Source: Candidatus Marinacidobacterales bacterium
GTDB lineage: Bacteria > Acidobacteriota > Vicinamibacteria > Marinacidobacterales > SMYC01
NCBI GenBank assembly: GCA_965224085.1
Contig: CBDCYI010000005.1
Span: 1,792,001-1,856,000, forward strand
Direction: 5' to 3'
Length of the DNA: 64,000 bases
The position numbers and the translations under genes are program-made. This document shows, piece after piece, positions 21,530-30,248 of this stretch (position 1 is the first letter of the stretch; every line of letters starts with the position of its first letter). The notes beneath the pieces were generated by a model that was given only the letters and a program-made list of their open reading frames with translations, did no database searches and was not told where the DNA came from.

Positions 21530-22344
21530 GGCGGTCCGCTCGAAAAACGAATATCCATGAGACCAGCCTCGAGCAACATAACTTCGATCTGTCGAGCTGT
21601 GAACCGCTGCTCGAGCGGTGTTCCGAAACGATCGCGCGCGTCCGTTCTCATCGTATACAGGCTTCGATCGCGATAGGCCGAAAGGGGCCATTGGGAGACG
21701 TCGATGCCCAGGGCTTGTGTAAATCGCGCGGCCTGTGCGAGGGGCCAGTAAATCGATAGGGCGAGAGCGTCACAGCAAAGATCTTTGATTCGAGACGGCA
21801 AGCTAGCGACAACAAGCCGGACAGCATCCGATCCGCGCCACAAGCATCGAAACCACAACGGCCGATTGTCGAAGGCGTAGTAGAGATAGACGAGAAAAGG
21901 CGCTCCCTTTTTGAGCACTCGCACCGAGCTCGCGAGCGCTGCCGCAGGGTCCGGGACGTGGTGCAAGACGCCGAGCGCATAGGCGAAGTCCAGCGAGTTG
22001 TCTTCGAAGGGCAACGCGTCGACGCTCGCATGGTGAAGAATGACGTTGTCGTAGCGGTGGAGCTTCACCCGGGACACTTGAAGCGCTTCCTCGCTAGGAT
22101 CCACGCAATGCAGCTCGCCGACGTTTCGGCGCGCTACGAAGTGCGCCCACCGTCCGCTGCCGCAGCCGATATCGGCGCCCCGCGCTCGTTGCGGGAGCGA
22201 TTCCCAGGGAAAGATTGCAAAATATTCCTCAAATAGACGCTCGAGCTCGTCGACGTCGACGTCTTCCTGGTCGAATCGCGACCACTCTTGCGAGAACGAT
22301 TCCACCGTTCTGTGATGGACGTTGTCGAGTATTAGCCTCTTCAT
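21499..22344 (-). CDS. class I SAM-dependent methyltransferase
   Basis: DIGCGSGRW, LPFEDNSLD, GVLHHVPDP. Confidence 0.9.
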   Translation of the reverse strand: MKRLILDNVHHRTVESFSQEWSRFDQEDVDVDELERLFEEYFAIFPWESLPQRARGADIGCGSGRWAHFVARRNVGELHCVDPSEEALQVSRVKLHRYDNVILHHASVDALPFEDNSLDFAYALGVLHHVPDPAAALASSVRVLKKGAPFLVYLYYAFDNRPLWFRCLWRGSDAVRLVVASLPSRIKDLCCDALALSIYWPLAQAARFTQALGIDVSQWPLSAYRDRSLYTMRTDARDRFGTPLEQRFTARQIEVMLLEAGLMDIRFSSGPPYWCAIGFKV

Positions 22345-24336
22345 TCGCCGTGCTTGCTTCCCGACGCCCGATAGCGCGCGAGAGCCGATTCGGCTTCAGA
22401 TCCCGAGCCGGCCGCGCGCCGCATCATCAACGGGTCGTCGTCGACATAAGGGGCGATAACGCTGATCGCGTCGAAAGGGGTGAGCCCCGGCTCGAGCTCG
22501 CGCCCGCGTTCGAGCTGCTCGAGTGCTTCGTCAAGACGGCATCTCGACGCGAGGTAGAGAGCGTAATTGGCGCGCAGGCTCGAATGGTGGGGCTCGAGCT
22601 CGAGCGCGCGTTCGAACAGCTCGTCGGCCAGCGCGTCGTTGCCTCGGTTCGCTTCCGTCCATGCGAGCTCGAACCAGTAGCGGCCGCGGGCTGGCGCGAG
22701 GCGAATGGCTTCGCGAAAGGATAAGGCGGCTTGCTCGAGCCTTATCTCGCGAAAGCGTGCGGCATCTCGAGGCCGAAACGCGTCCTCGTTGTAGAGCCGT
22801 CCGATGAGGAATACGGTCTCGGCGTTTTGAGGAACACGCTTGCGCGATCGCGCGAGCTCTTGAATCAGATCCATAAACTCGGCCGGATCCGTCAAGAGAG
22901 GATCGATCCGTCGCGCCAGCCGCCGGCTCTGGCCCGCATCCACGGTGAGGATCGTCAGCCCGAGACAGATGACGGCGAGCGGTGCGGCGGCGAGAACGTG
23001 AAGACGGCGAGGCTTCCATCGGCGGGGAGGCCCGTCCGCGTGCGCGGCGATGAGGCCGACCATGCTCGCAAACAGCAGGGTGTTCGAGGGGATGTGTAGA
23101 TTGAAATCGTAGAGACCGTGAACCAAGAGCGCAGCCACCCCCGCGATGAGCCCCGAGAGCAGCCCCCGGGCTCGTTGCGACCTTTCCCCTTCGATCGCTC
23201 TCGAGGCCACGCGCCCGATCGCGCCAAAGAACGCAAGTGCTATTAGGATGCCGAGAATGCCGGTCTCGCACAGGAGCTGGACCCAGTCGCTCTCCGCATA
23301 TTCGGCCCGCATCTCCGCACGCCCGCTGCGATAGCCCGGAATTACCGCGGCATAAGTCCCGAGGCCGGTTCCCAAAGCCGGCGCGTCGAAAGCGATGCCC
23401 AAGGAGTCGTACCAGAGGTCCAAACGGAACTGCACCGAGTCGTCGGTACCCGGATCCTTGAGCGTCGAGAACCGATCGGCAAGACTCGATGGCGCGGAGG
23501 CTGCGAGAAAGAGCGCCACCGCGACGGCCCCGGCGAGGATGAGTGCCTGTCGTCTCGAGAGCCAAGCAAGCACGGTGAGGCCCACGCCCGCTGCGATGAG
23601 ACCGCCGCGGGAATGGGACAAAAAGAGTGAGATCCCCATGAGGCCCGATGTTCCGCCGAGAAGAACCGCCAGCGCCGCGTTGCGGCGCAAGGTTCCGAAC
23701 GCGGCGCCGAGGGTCAAGAGTCCGCAAGCCTCGGTGAAACCAGCGAAGTGATTGTGGTTCACGAACGGGCCATAGGGCGTTCCCGAAGGGACGGGGAATC
23801 GTCCGTAGAGAACCGTTCCGTAGCGCGCCTTTTGGAACACGGCAAAAAGTGCGAGCGCCACACCGAGAAATGCCACGGTATAGACGAGGACCCGTCTCTC
23901 GGCGCCGCAGCGAAAGAGTTGGCTCGCAAGCCAGAAAGCGGCGAGAAAACCCGCGAGCTGAAGAAAGCCGGAGCGTGTCTGAAAAGTCTCGAGAGACATC
24001 GGATGCCAGGCACGGTCGCCGGTGACCGGTCCTTGCCGCATCGTAGTCGCGAGCGATCGCGGGCGCCAAAGTTTCGCTGAAACTCGAGGGGAGCGGCACT
24101 TGCTGGACCGCTACGAGAGCAAGGGCCGCTGCGAGCCATTGCCACCCCGGGGTCCGATAGGCGCGACCGAAATAAAGACGGCTCAGAAGAAACAACCCCT
24201 CGAGCAGAAGGAGTGCGGAAGCCAGAGCGGCTGCGGGGCCGGGCGTCACCGAGCCGAAAGGCCATGGGGCGACGACGATGAGCAGAAGAAGGGCGAGGCG
24301 AAACGCCCAGTCGCAGGCCCGCTCGCATGGGCTCAT
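22341..24336 (-). pseudogene. O-antigen ligase family protein with C-terminal TPRs, frameshifted near 24030
   Basis: PWPFGSV N-terminus in one frame; GPFVNHNHFAG, SHSRGG, GTGLGTY, DFNLHIPSN in another. Confidence 0.8.
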
Positions 24337-24647
24337 GCGAGCGGTCGCAGATAGAGTTCTGCATGATAGCGGCGGAGAGTCCGCGTCGCTCCTGCTCTAG
24401 TGATTAAAATGTTGGCTGTCGAAAGTACTTAGAAAGATCTTAGCACACGGCTTAGGACAGCCGTCCGACGTGAGGGTAAAACCACCTCGAGCTGTGGGGC
24501 CCTCAAAAGGGTTTTGAAGGGATTCGCCCACGTACCCATGCGACCACGCGTCTCGAAGCTGATCGCGCTCGGGCTCAAGTGTTTGTGGAAACTCTTTGGG
24601 TGGAGCGTTTATCGACCTTCTCGTTCGAGTGCTCGCTCCGTCAGAGT

Positions 24648-24664
24648 TTGGCAAAGCTCTTGCT
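24648..24664 (+). promoter_or_regulatory. sigma54 (-24/-12) promoter
   Basis: TTGGCAAAGCTCTTGCT matches TGGCA-N6-TTGCT with exact GG-N10-GC spacing. Confidence 0.65.
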
Positions 24665-24674
24665 ATAGACACCC

Positions 24675-24862
24675 CGTATTGAGAACAACGCAAACACGCT
24701 GCTGCCACCTAGCAATTCTTGGGTTTGCCGCTCGGCCATGTGAACCGCGCGGCGTCAGAGCGAGGTGGGGTCGGAGTGGGTGTGAAGGTCGATTCCGGTA
24801 ACGGTCCCGGGCTTCGGTTTTGCGCATCCAAGTTGGGGGCTCCGACCCCGCCCGCCTTTCAA
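24675..24862 (+). ncRNA. candidate sigma54-dependent structured small RNA
   Basis: rod-like hairpin 24764-24852 with many G-U pairs; no credible ORF. Confidence 0.45.
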
Positions 24863-24910
24863 AATTCACGATCGGCATCAGGGCCGTGATCTATCCCTTC
24901 CTTGCCTCAC

Positions 24911-25834
24911 TCAACTCCTTGCGGCTTGCCAGATGTCTACACAGCCTTTGTAATTTTGGGCGATGGCATCGATCGCGGCCGACTCCTCCATCGAGTTGTC
25001 CAGGTAGCCTTTGAGCGCTTCACTGAAGTTAGTGCGGCCGACGGCGAAGCCGATGAAGCCATCGACCGGCGCCGAGACTTTCAGCCACTCATGGACTTTC
25101 TCTTTGCTGGAGCCGCGCCCGAGGAGGATTGAGCCGCACTTGGCGCGCTCGTCGTTCGAGCGGACTTGGGCGGCGACGGCCTCGGCGTGCTCGCGCTTGT
25201 CGAGCCCTTCGATCTTCCAGATATCCGGCTCGATGCCGAAATCCTGGATTTCCTGGATCGCCTGGACCATGTGCTTGGGACGGATTTCCGAATCGTAGCT
25301 CTCGCCAGCGGCTTTATCGTCGTCGGACGTCGCCGGGACGAGGAGCTCGAACATGTAATAGTGGTCGTCGTTCGCGTGGATGTAATCCGAGAGAAGCTTG
25401 AGCCGTGTCAGCTGCTCGCGGTTCATCAAAGCGTCGTCTTCGGGATGGTAACGGACGAGAACTTTCACGATTTTCGGCGACAAGTAGCGCAGGTGATCTT
25501 CCCAACGCGCGCCATATTCGAAATCGAAGACCGATTGACCGCTCTTTTCGACGCAGACGGCCGCAGGGATGCCGCGGGAGAGCGCGTCACTCAGGATGTG
25601 GCTGCCGAATTGCGCGTCGACGAGGATTCCGACTTGTTCCTTCGGTACGCCCATCTCAATCGCTCTTAGAAGGCCGCGATAGATGAGGGTTTTCCCGCCG
25701 GAGACCTGCACGAATTGATCCTGCTCCGGGTCGATGGTGGGTGCTCCTTTGAAATCGTAAAACGTTTTCGTGAAGCTGCCCCGATGATCAAAAGGTTGCA
25801 CGAAAAGGGGCTTATCGTATCCAATGGCTTTCAT
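24911..25834 (-). CDS. DUF2090 / IolC-associated class I aldolase-like protein
   Basis: PFDHRGSF, VEKSGQ, VKVLVRYHP, FELLVP, PDIWKIEG, LLGRG, GFAVGRT. Confidence 0.8.
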   Translation of the reverse strand: MKAIGYDKPLFVQPFDHRGSFTKTFYDFKGAPTIDPEQDQFVQVSGGKTLIYRGLLRAIEMGVPKEQVGILVDAQFGSHILSDALSRGIPAAVCVEKSGQSVFDFEYGARWEDHLRYLSPKIVKVLVRYHPEDDALMNREQLTRLKLLSDYIHANDDHYYMFELLVPATSDDDKAAGESYDSEIRPKHMVQAIQEIQDFGIEPDIWKIEGLDKREHAEAVAAQVRSNDERAKCGSILLGRGSSKEKVHEWLKVSAPVDGFIGFAVGRTNFSEALKGYLDNSMEESAAIDAIAQNYKGCVDIWQAARS

Positions 25835-26011
25835 CTAGATGGAACCTCCAATCGCGCTCGCGCGCGGTCGAGCGGGCGGCTAGTCTACTGCGGGCCCTCG
25901 CCGCGAAGCAACTCGCATCGGACGGCGAAAGCACGGAACCTTTTCCCGCCACGTCCGACAAAGATTGTGTATGAGAGCAACGGCCTCTAGGTGAGGGCCC
26001 GAAAGGGACTA

Positions 26012-27120
26012 GTGGACTGTAACAAATAAGCATTTAGTGATATACTTCTCTCATGCAAGAGAGGACCAGCGTTGTTTTGACTCGAGCGGAACGTAGGGAA
26101 CTTGGCAAACGAGTTTCGAGCCGTAGCGGTCGTGCTGACGACGCGCGGATTGCTCGCGTGTTGCTCTTGTTGGACGAAGGTGCGAGCTACACGCAGGTGC
26201 AGCAGTGGGTAGGCTGCACGGCGCCTTTTGTCAGCAAGTGGAAGCGCCGATTCTTGGAGGAGCGGCTGGCAGGTCTGTACTCGCGTCACGAGGGACGTCC
26301 GGTTCAGGTGCTCACGCCTCGGATGGAAGCACGGATTCTTTCGTGGACTCAAAAGAGCCCGACCGACGGCTCGACTCACTGGAGCACGCGCCGACTTGCG
26401 AAGAAACTGGGAATCCATCACATGATGGTGGCTCGTACTTGGAAAAAACACGGTCTACAGCCACACCGAATTGAATATTACAAAGCGTCCAACGACCCGG
26501 ATTTCGAGAAGAAGGCAGCGGATGTCATCGGTCTCTATATGAATCCGCCTCAGCACGCTGCGGTGTTTTGTATTGACGAGAAAACGGCGATCCAAGCCCT
26601 GGATCGACGGGACCCGATCTTGCCGTTGTCTCCCGGGCGGGCCGAAAGACACGGTTTCGAGTACGTCCGGAATGGAACGCTTTCTCTCTACGCCGCCTTT
26701 GACACGAAGACGGGGGAAGTTTTTGGCAAGACCGTCCGCCGACATACCAGCCAGGAGTTTGTCGCCTTCTTGGAGCAGCTGGTTGCGAGCCACAAGCGAA
26801 AGCGTGAAATTCACGTCATCCTCGACAATCTCTCGGCCCACAAAACTGCCAAGGTCACCGAGTTCCTCCAGGCCAATCCGAAACTCCAATTGCACTTCAC
26901 ACCCACCTACTCCTCCTGGCTGAACAAAGTCGAGCTCTGGTTCTCCAAGATCGAGCGCGACCTGATCCATCGAGGAGTGTTCACCTCCACCAAAGACCTA
27001 ACCCGCAAGATCATGCGCTACATTCGCAAGTACAACAAAGACCCTAAGCCCGTGAAGTGGACCTACAACGATCCGTCACGGCGCATCAAAACTACTAAAC
27101 GTTCAGCTGTTACAGTCCAC
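26012..27120 (+). mobile_element. IS630-family element
   Basis: perfect 13-bp IR GTGGACTGTAACA / TGTTACAGTCCAC; TA duplication within CTAG. Confidence 0.95.
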
Positions 27121-27123
27121 TAG
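26053..27123 (+). CDS. IS630-family transposase
   Basis: HTH, IDEKTAIQAL, ILDNLSAHK, PTYSSWLNKVELWF; stop codon formed by the target TA. Confidence 0.95.
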   Translation: MQERTSVVLTRAERRELGKRVSSRSGRADDARIARVLLLLDEGASYTQVQQWVGCTAPFVSKWKRRFLEERLAGLYSRHEGRPVQVLTPRMEARILSWTQKSPTDGSTHWSTRRLAKKLGIHHMMVARTWKKHGLQPHRIEYYKASNDPDFEKKAADVIGLYMNPPQHAAVFCIDEKTAIQALDRRDPILPLSPGRAERHGFEYVRNGTLSLYAAFDTKTGEVFGKTVRRHTSQEFVAFLEQLVASHKRKREIHVILDNLSAHKTAKVTEFLQANPKLQLHFTPTYSSWLNKVELWFSKIERDLIHRGVFTSTKDLTRKIMRYIRKYNKDPKPVKWTYNDPSRRIKTTKRSAVTVH

Positions 27124-27326
27124 AGGTCGTTCGGAAGTCAAGGCCAACAGCAATACCTGCCACATAGCGGCCTCTCGGGCTTCGGCTCGGGGGGCGCTCC
27201 CACTAAGAGCCCGCGCAAGAATAACTACCGAAGGCGTCGGGATAAGCGCGCGTCGCCCTTGTCGTTTTGGTACGATGGGACACTATCGAGAGAAAGGTGG
27301 TTCTCGTTTTGCCGCTCAAGGACAAG

Positions 27327-28673
27327 ATGGCTTGGGTCGTTGGCTTTATCCTTGTGACGCTCGTTGCGGGTAACGGTTCGGCCCAAACGCTCCAGGAACA
27401 AATTCTCGAAGCGCGGGATAAAGTCACGCCGGCGCTCGTCAATGTGCAACCCATCACCGACGTCTTCTCCTCGGGAGAGCGCCGAAGCTCGACAGGCGTG
27501 GGAAGCGGCTTCATCTTCGACGCGAATGGGCACGTCATTACGAACTACCACGTGGCAGGTAAGGCGAAGCGTCTCATCATTACCTTGAGCAACAAGCAAC
27601 GTGTTCCCGGTGTTCTCATAGGCGAAGATCCGCTGACCGATATCGCCGTCTTGAGACTCGAGCTCGACGAAGGTCAGAGCATGCCGGCGCACGTGGCGCT
27701 CGGGGATTCGGACGAGCTATCCGTCGGTGAATATGTGATGGCGCTCGGAAGCCCGCTCGCATTGCAGCGCTCGCTTTCGTTCGGCGTCGTCAGCAGCAAG
27801 GACCGTTATTTGTCCGATTCCTTCAAGCTTCCTACCGGGGAGAAGACCGGATCGTTCAACACGTGGATCCAGACGGATGCGGCGATCAATCCCGGCAATA
27901 GCGGCGGCCCCCTCGTGAACTTGAAGGGGGAGGTCGTGGGGGTCAACGCGAGAGGGGCTTTTGGCGCCTCGAGCATTGGCTTCGCAATCCCCGTAAACAT
28001 TGTCAGAGAGGTCGCCGCACAGCTCATCGAGACGGGCCACGTGGAACGCAGTTGGCTCGGTCTGACCTTTCAGCCGCGCGAGGAGCTCGCGCAGTATTTC
28101 GAAGCAGAGTCCGTACCCGGCGTCGTCATCCGCAGCGTCGATCCCGACTCGCCTGCCGAGCGCGTCGGCATCCGCGCGGGCGACATGCTTCTGGCTTATC
28201 GAGGCGAGCGCACGTCAGCCCAGTTCACCGAAGAGCTTCCTCTGATCTACAAGAAGATCGCCGACACGCCCATCGGATCCGAAGTTGCGGTCGCCGTGGC
28301 TCGTGGAGGCGACGTTCTTGAGTTCACGGTCACGACGGAAGAACGGGGGGCATCGAGCGCGGACGAGACGGAATTCGAGAGCTGGGGGTTTACGGCGCGC
28401 GGCATTACCCGCGAGCTCGCGCTCGAATTCAGCTTGCCGGACAATCTCGGCGTCATGGTCGCGGGCGTAAAGCCCAACGGCGCGGCCTTCCACGGGCAGC
28501 TCTTTCCTGGGGATCGTGTCGTGGCCGTCGAAGACGAGTTCGTCGGCGACCTCGACGAACTCCGTGAGATCTATCGGAGCTTCAACGACGCGCGCACCGA
28601 TGCCGTTCTTCTCACCGTTATGCGACGCCACTCGCGGCGTTGGATGCTCATCGAGCCAAGCTATGAGAACTGA
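27327..28673 (+). CDS. HtrA/DegP-family serine protease with PDZ domains (start uncertain)
   Basis: ITNYHV (His), TDIAV (Asp), TDAAINPGNSGGP (Ser); signal peptide; two PDZ-like regions. Confidence 0.92.
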   Translation: MAWVVGFILVTLVAGNGSAQTLQEQILEARDKVTPALVNVQPITDVFSSGERRSSTGVGSGFIFDANGHVITNYHVAGKAKRLIITLSNKQRVPGVLIGEDPLTDIAVLRLELDEGQSMPAHVALGDSDELSVGEYVMALGSPLALQRSLSFGVVSSKDRYLSDSFKLPTGEKTGSFNTWIQTDAAINPGNSGGPLVNLKGEVVGVNARGAFGASSIGFAIPVNIVREVAAQLIETGHVERSWLGLTFQPREELAQYFEAESVPGVVIRSVDPDSPAERVGIRAGDMLLAYRGERTSAQFTEELPLIYKKIADTPIGSEVAVAVARGGDVLEFTVTTEERGASSADETEFESWGFTARGITRELALEFSLPDNLGVMVAGVKPNGAAFHGQLFPGDRVVAVEDEFVGDLDELREIYRSFNDARTDAVLLTVMRRHSRRWMLIEPSYEN

Positions 28674-30120
28674 GTTTTTCTGCGTGGCGCTTTTGGCGCT
28701 GGCCGCCTCCGTTAGTGTTGCCCAAAACGAGACCGCGCAAAAGATCCGATCGATCGAATCCCGCTACAGAAAGAGCGTCGTGCAAGTGCGCTACCGCCAA
28801 CAAGTCAGCCGCTCGACCGCCGAGCCGCCGGCCGAGGAAGAACTCACGACGACCGGCGTCGTCGTGACCGCCGACGGCCTCGTGATGGTGAGCGCGATCA
28901 TTTACGAGCCGTTCAACCAAGTGCCGCACGGCGTCGGGATTCGTTTTCCCGGCTCTGTCAATCGCGTCGAAGCCGCGATTCCGGAAGCGCATGTCCGATT
29001 CATGAATGGCAACGAATATTCGGCCACGCTCTTAGGACGCGATCCCGAAGCCGATGTTGCTTTTTTTCGCATCGACACGGGTGCGGAGGACGCGGCGTTC
29101 GTACCTGCCGTCTTCGAAGCCGGCACCGACGTCACCGTGGGCGAGGAGGTTTTTGTGGTGAGCCTTTTGAGGGAGCCTCTCGGCCCGGCTGTCGCGGTGG
29201 AGCTTTCGCGTGTTCAGGCTATGACGATGCGGCCGCCCTCAGGCTTCATTGTCGCGACAGGCGCCTCCGATCCCGTCGGATCGCTCGTCGTCTCGCGGGA
29301 AGGCGCCATCCTCGGTTATCTGGACGCGCTCACCGTGCCAGTGCCGGATACGCGTAGCCGGAATCCCTTGGCCTTTCTTTCGATCATGCGCGACCTTCCC
29401 AAAGGTGTGGGGCGCGGCTTCGCGCGTCCCGCGCGGGATTTCGTCGATGCGGGCGTCCGCGTTCCCGAAGCGGCGCCGGTTCGGCGCGGCTGGCTCGGCG
29501 TGGAGATGCAGCCGGTGACACAAAAGCTCGCGAGCCACATGAACCTTCCTGTGGATAAAGGCATTCTTCTCGGCTATGTCTATCGCAACTCGCCCGCCGA
29601 AAGCGCGGGCCTTGAAGTCGGTGACGTACTCATCGAGCTCGAAGGCGAGCTGGTCGACGTGAATCGTGACGAAGACCTTGGAACGTTTGCGGAGAAGTTG
29701 CTTCGCGCTGGCGCCGGCGCCTCTCTCGAGATCGGCTACCTTCGAGAGGGGGCTCCGACCACGACGACCGTCCGTCTCGCGCCCGCGCCGCGCTCAGCTC
29801 GTGAGGCGGAGACGATCAAAGTCGGAGAGCTCGATCTCACAGTCCGGGAACTCACCTATGACTATCGGGCCACACGCTTTCTCGAGCCCGAGCGCCAAGG
29901 CGTCGTCGTGGTGCAGCCTCCGGTCGCGGTGAGCAGCAACCCGAACCGAGTAGCCCCCGGCGATTTGCTCGTCCGCTTCGACGATAAGCCCATCGAAGAT
30001 CTCGAGAGTTTCCGGGCTGTGCTCGCGAACGTGCGCGAGCGGCAGCCGGACGAGGTCGTGCTCTTCGTCGAGCGCGGGCGGGAGAGCTTCTTCTTTGCCG
30101 TCAAGCCTGATTGGGATTAG
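28663..30120 (+). CDS. HtrA-like PDZ protein with degenerate catalytic triad
   Basis: signal peptide, trypsin-like fold remnants, RRGWLGV, two PDZ regions; no TNxHV and no GNSGG. Confidence 0.8.
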   Translation: MRTEFFCVALLALAASVSVAQNETAQKIRSIESRYRKSVVQVRYRQQVSRSTAEPPAEEELTTTGVVVTADGLVMVSAIIYEPFNQVPHGVGIRFPGSVNRVEAAIPEAHVRFMNGNEYSATLLGRDPEADVAFFRIDTGAEDAAFVPAVFEAGTDVTVGEEVFVVSLLREPLGPAVAVELSRVQAMTMRPPSGFIVATGASDPVGSLVVSREGAILGYLDALTVPVPDTRSRNPLAFLSIMRDLPKGVGRGFARPARDFVDAGVRVPEAAPVRRGWLGVEMQPVTQKLASHMNLPVDKGILLGYVYRNSPAESAGLEVGDVLIELEGELVDVNRDEDLGTFAEKLLRAGAGASLEIGYLREGAPTTTTVRLAPAPRSAREAETIKVGELDLTVRELTYDYRATRFLEPERQGVVVVQPPVAVSSNPNRVAPGDLLVRFDDKPIEDLESFRAVLANVRERQPDEVVLFVERGRESFFFAVKPDWD

Positions 30121-30248
30121 GCCCGCGATCACAGAAAAAAAGCGTAGGACACCGCTCTCAAGACGCAAGAAAAGACGCGGAAGGGCTGCAGGTACCGGAT
30201 GCTTGATTTGCTGGGCGGGGGTTACGAGAACACTCCGTCGCTCCCTCG

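Larger units (their letters stand above)
25979..27198 (+). ncRNA. candidate structured RNA of about 110 nt (25979-26011 plus 27123-27198) interrupted by IS630
   Basis: removing the IS restores a 12-bp stem capped by CCC-GAAA-GGG; an 11-bp cUUCGg hairpin follows. Confidence 0.5.
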
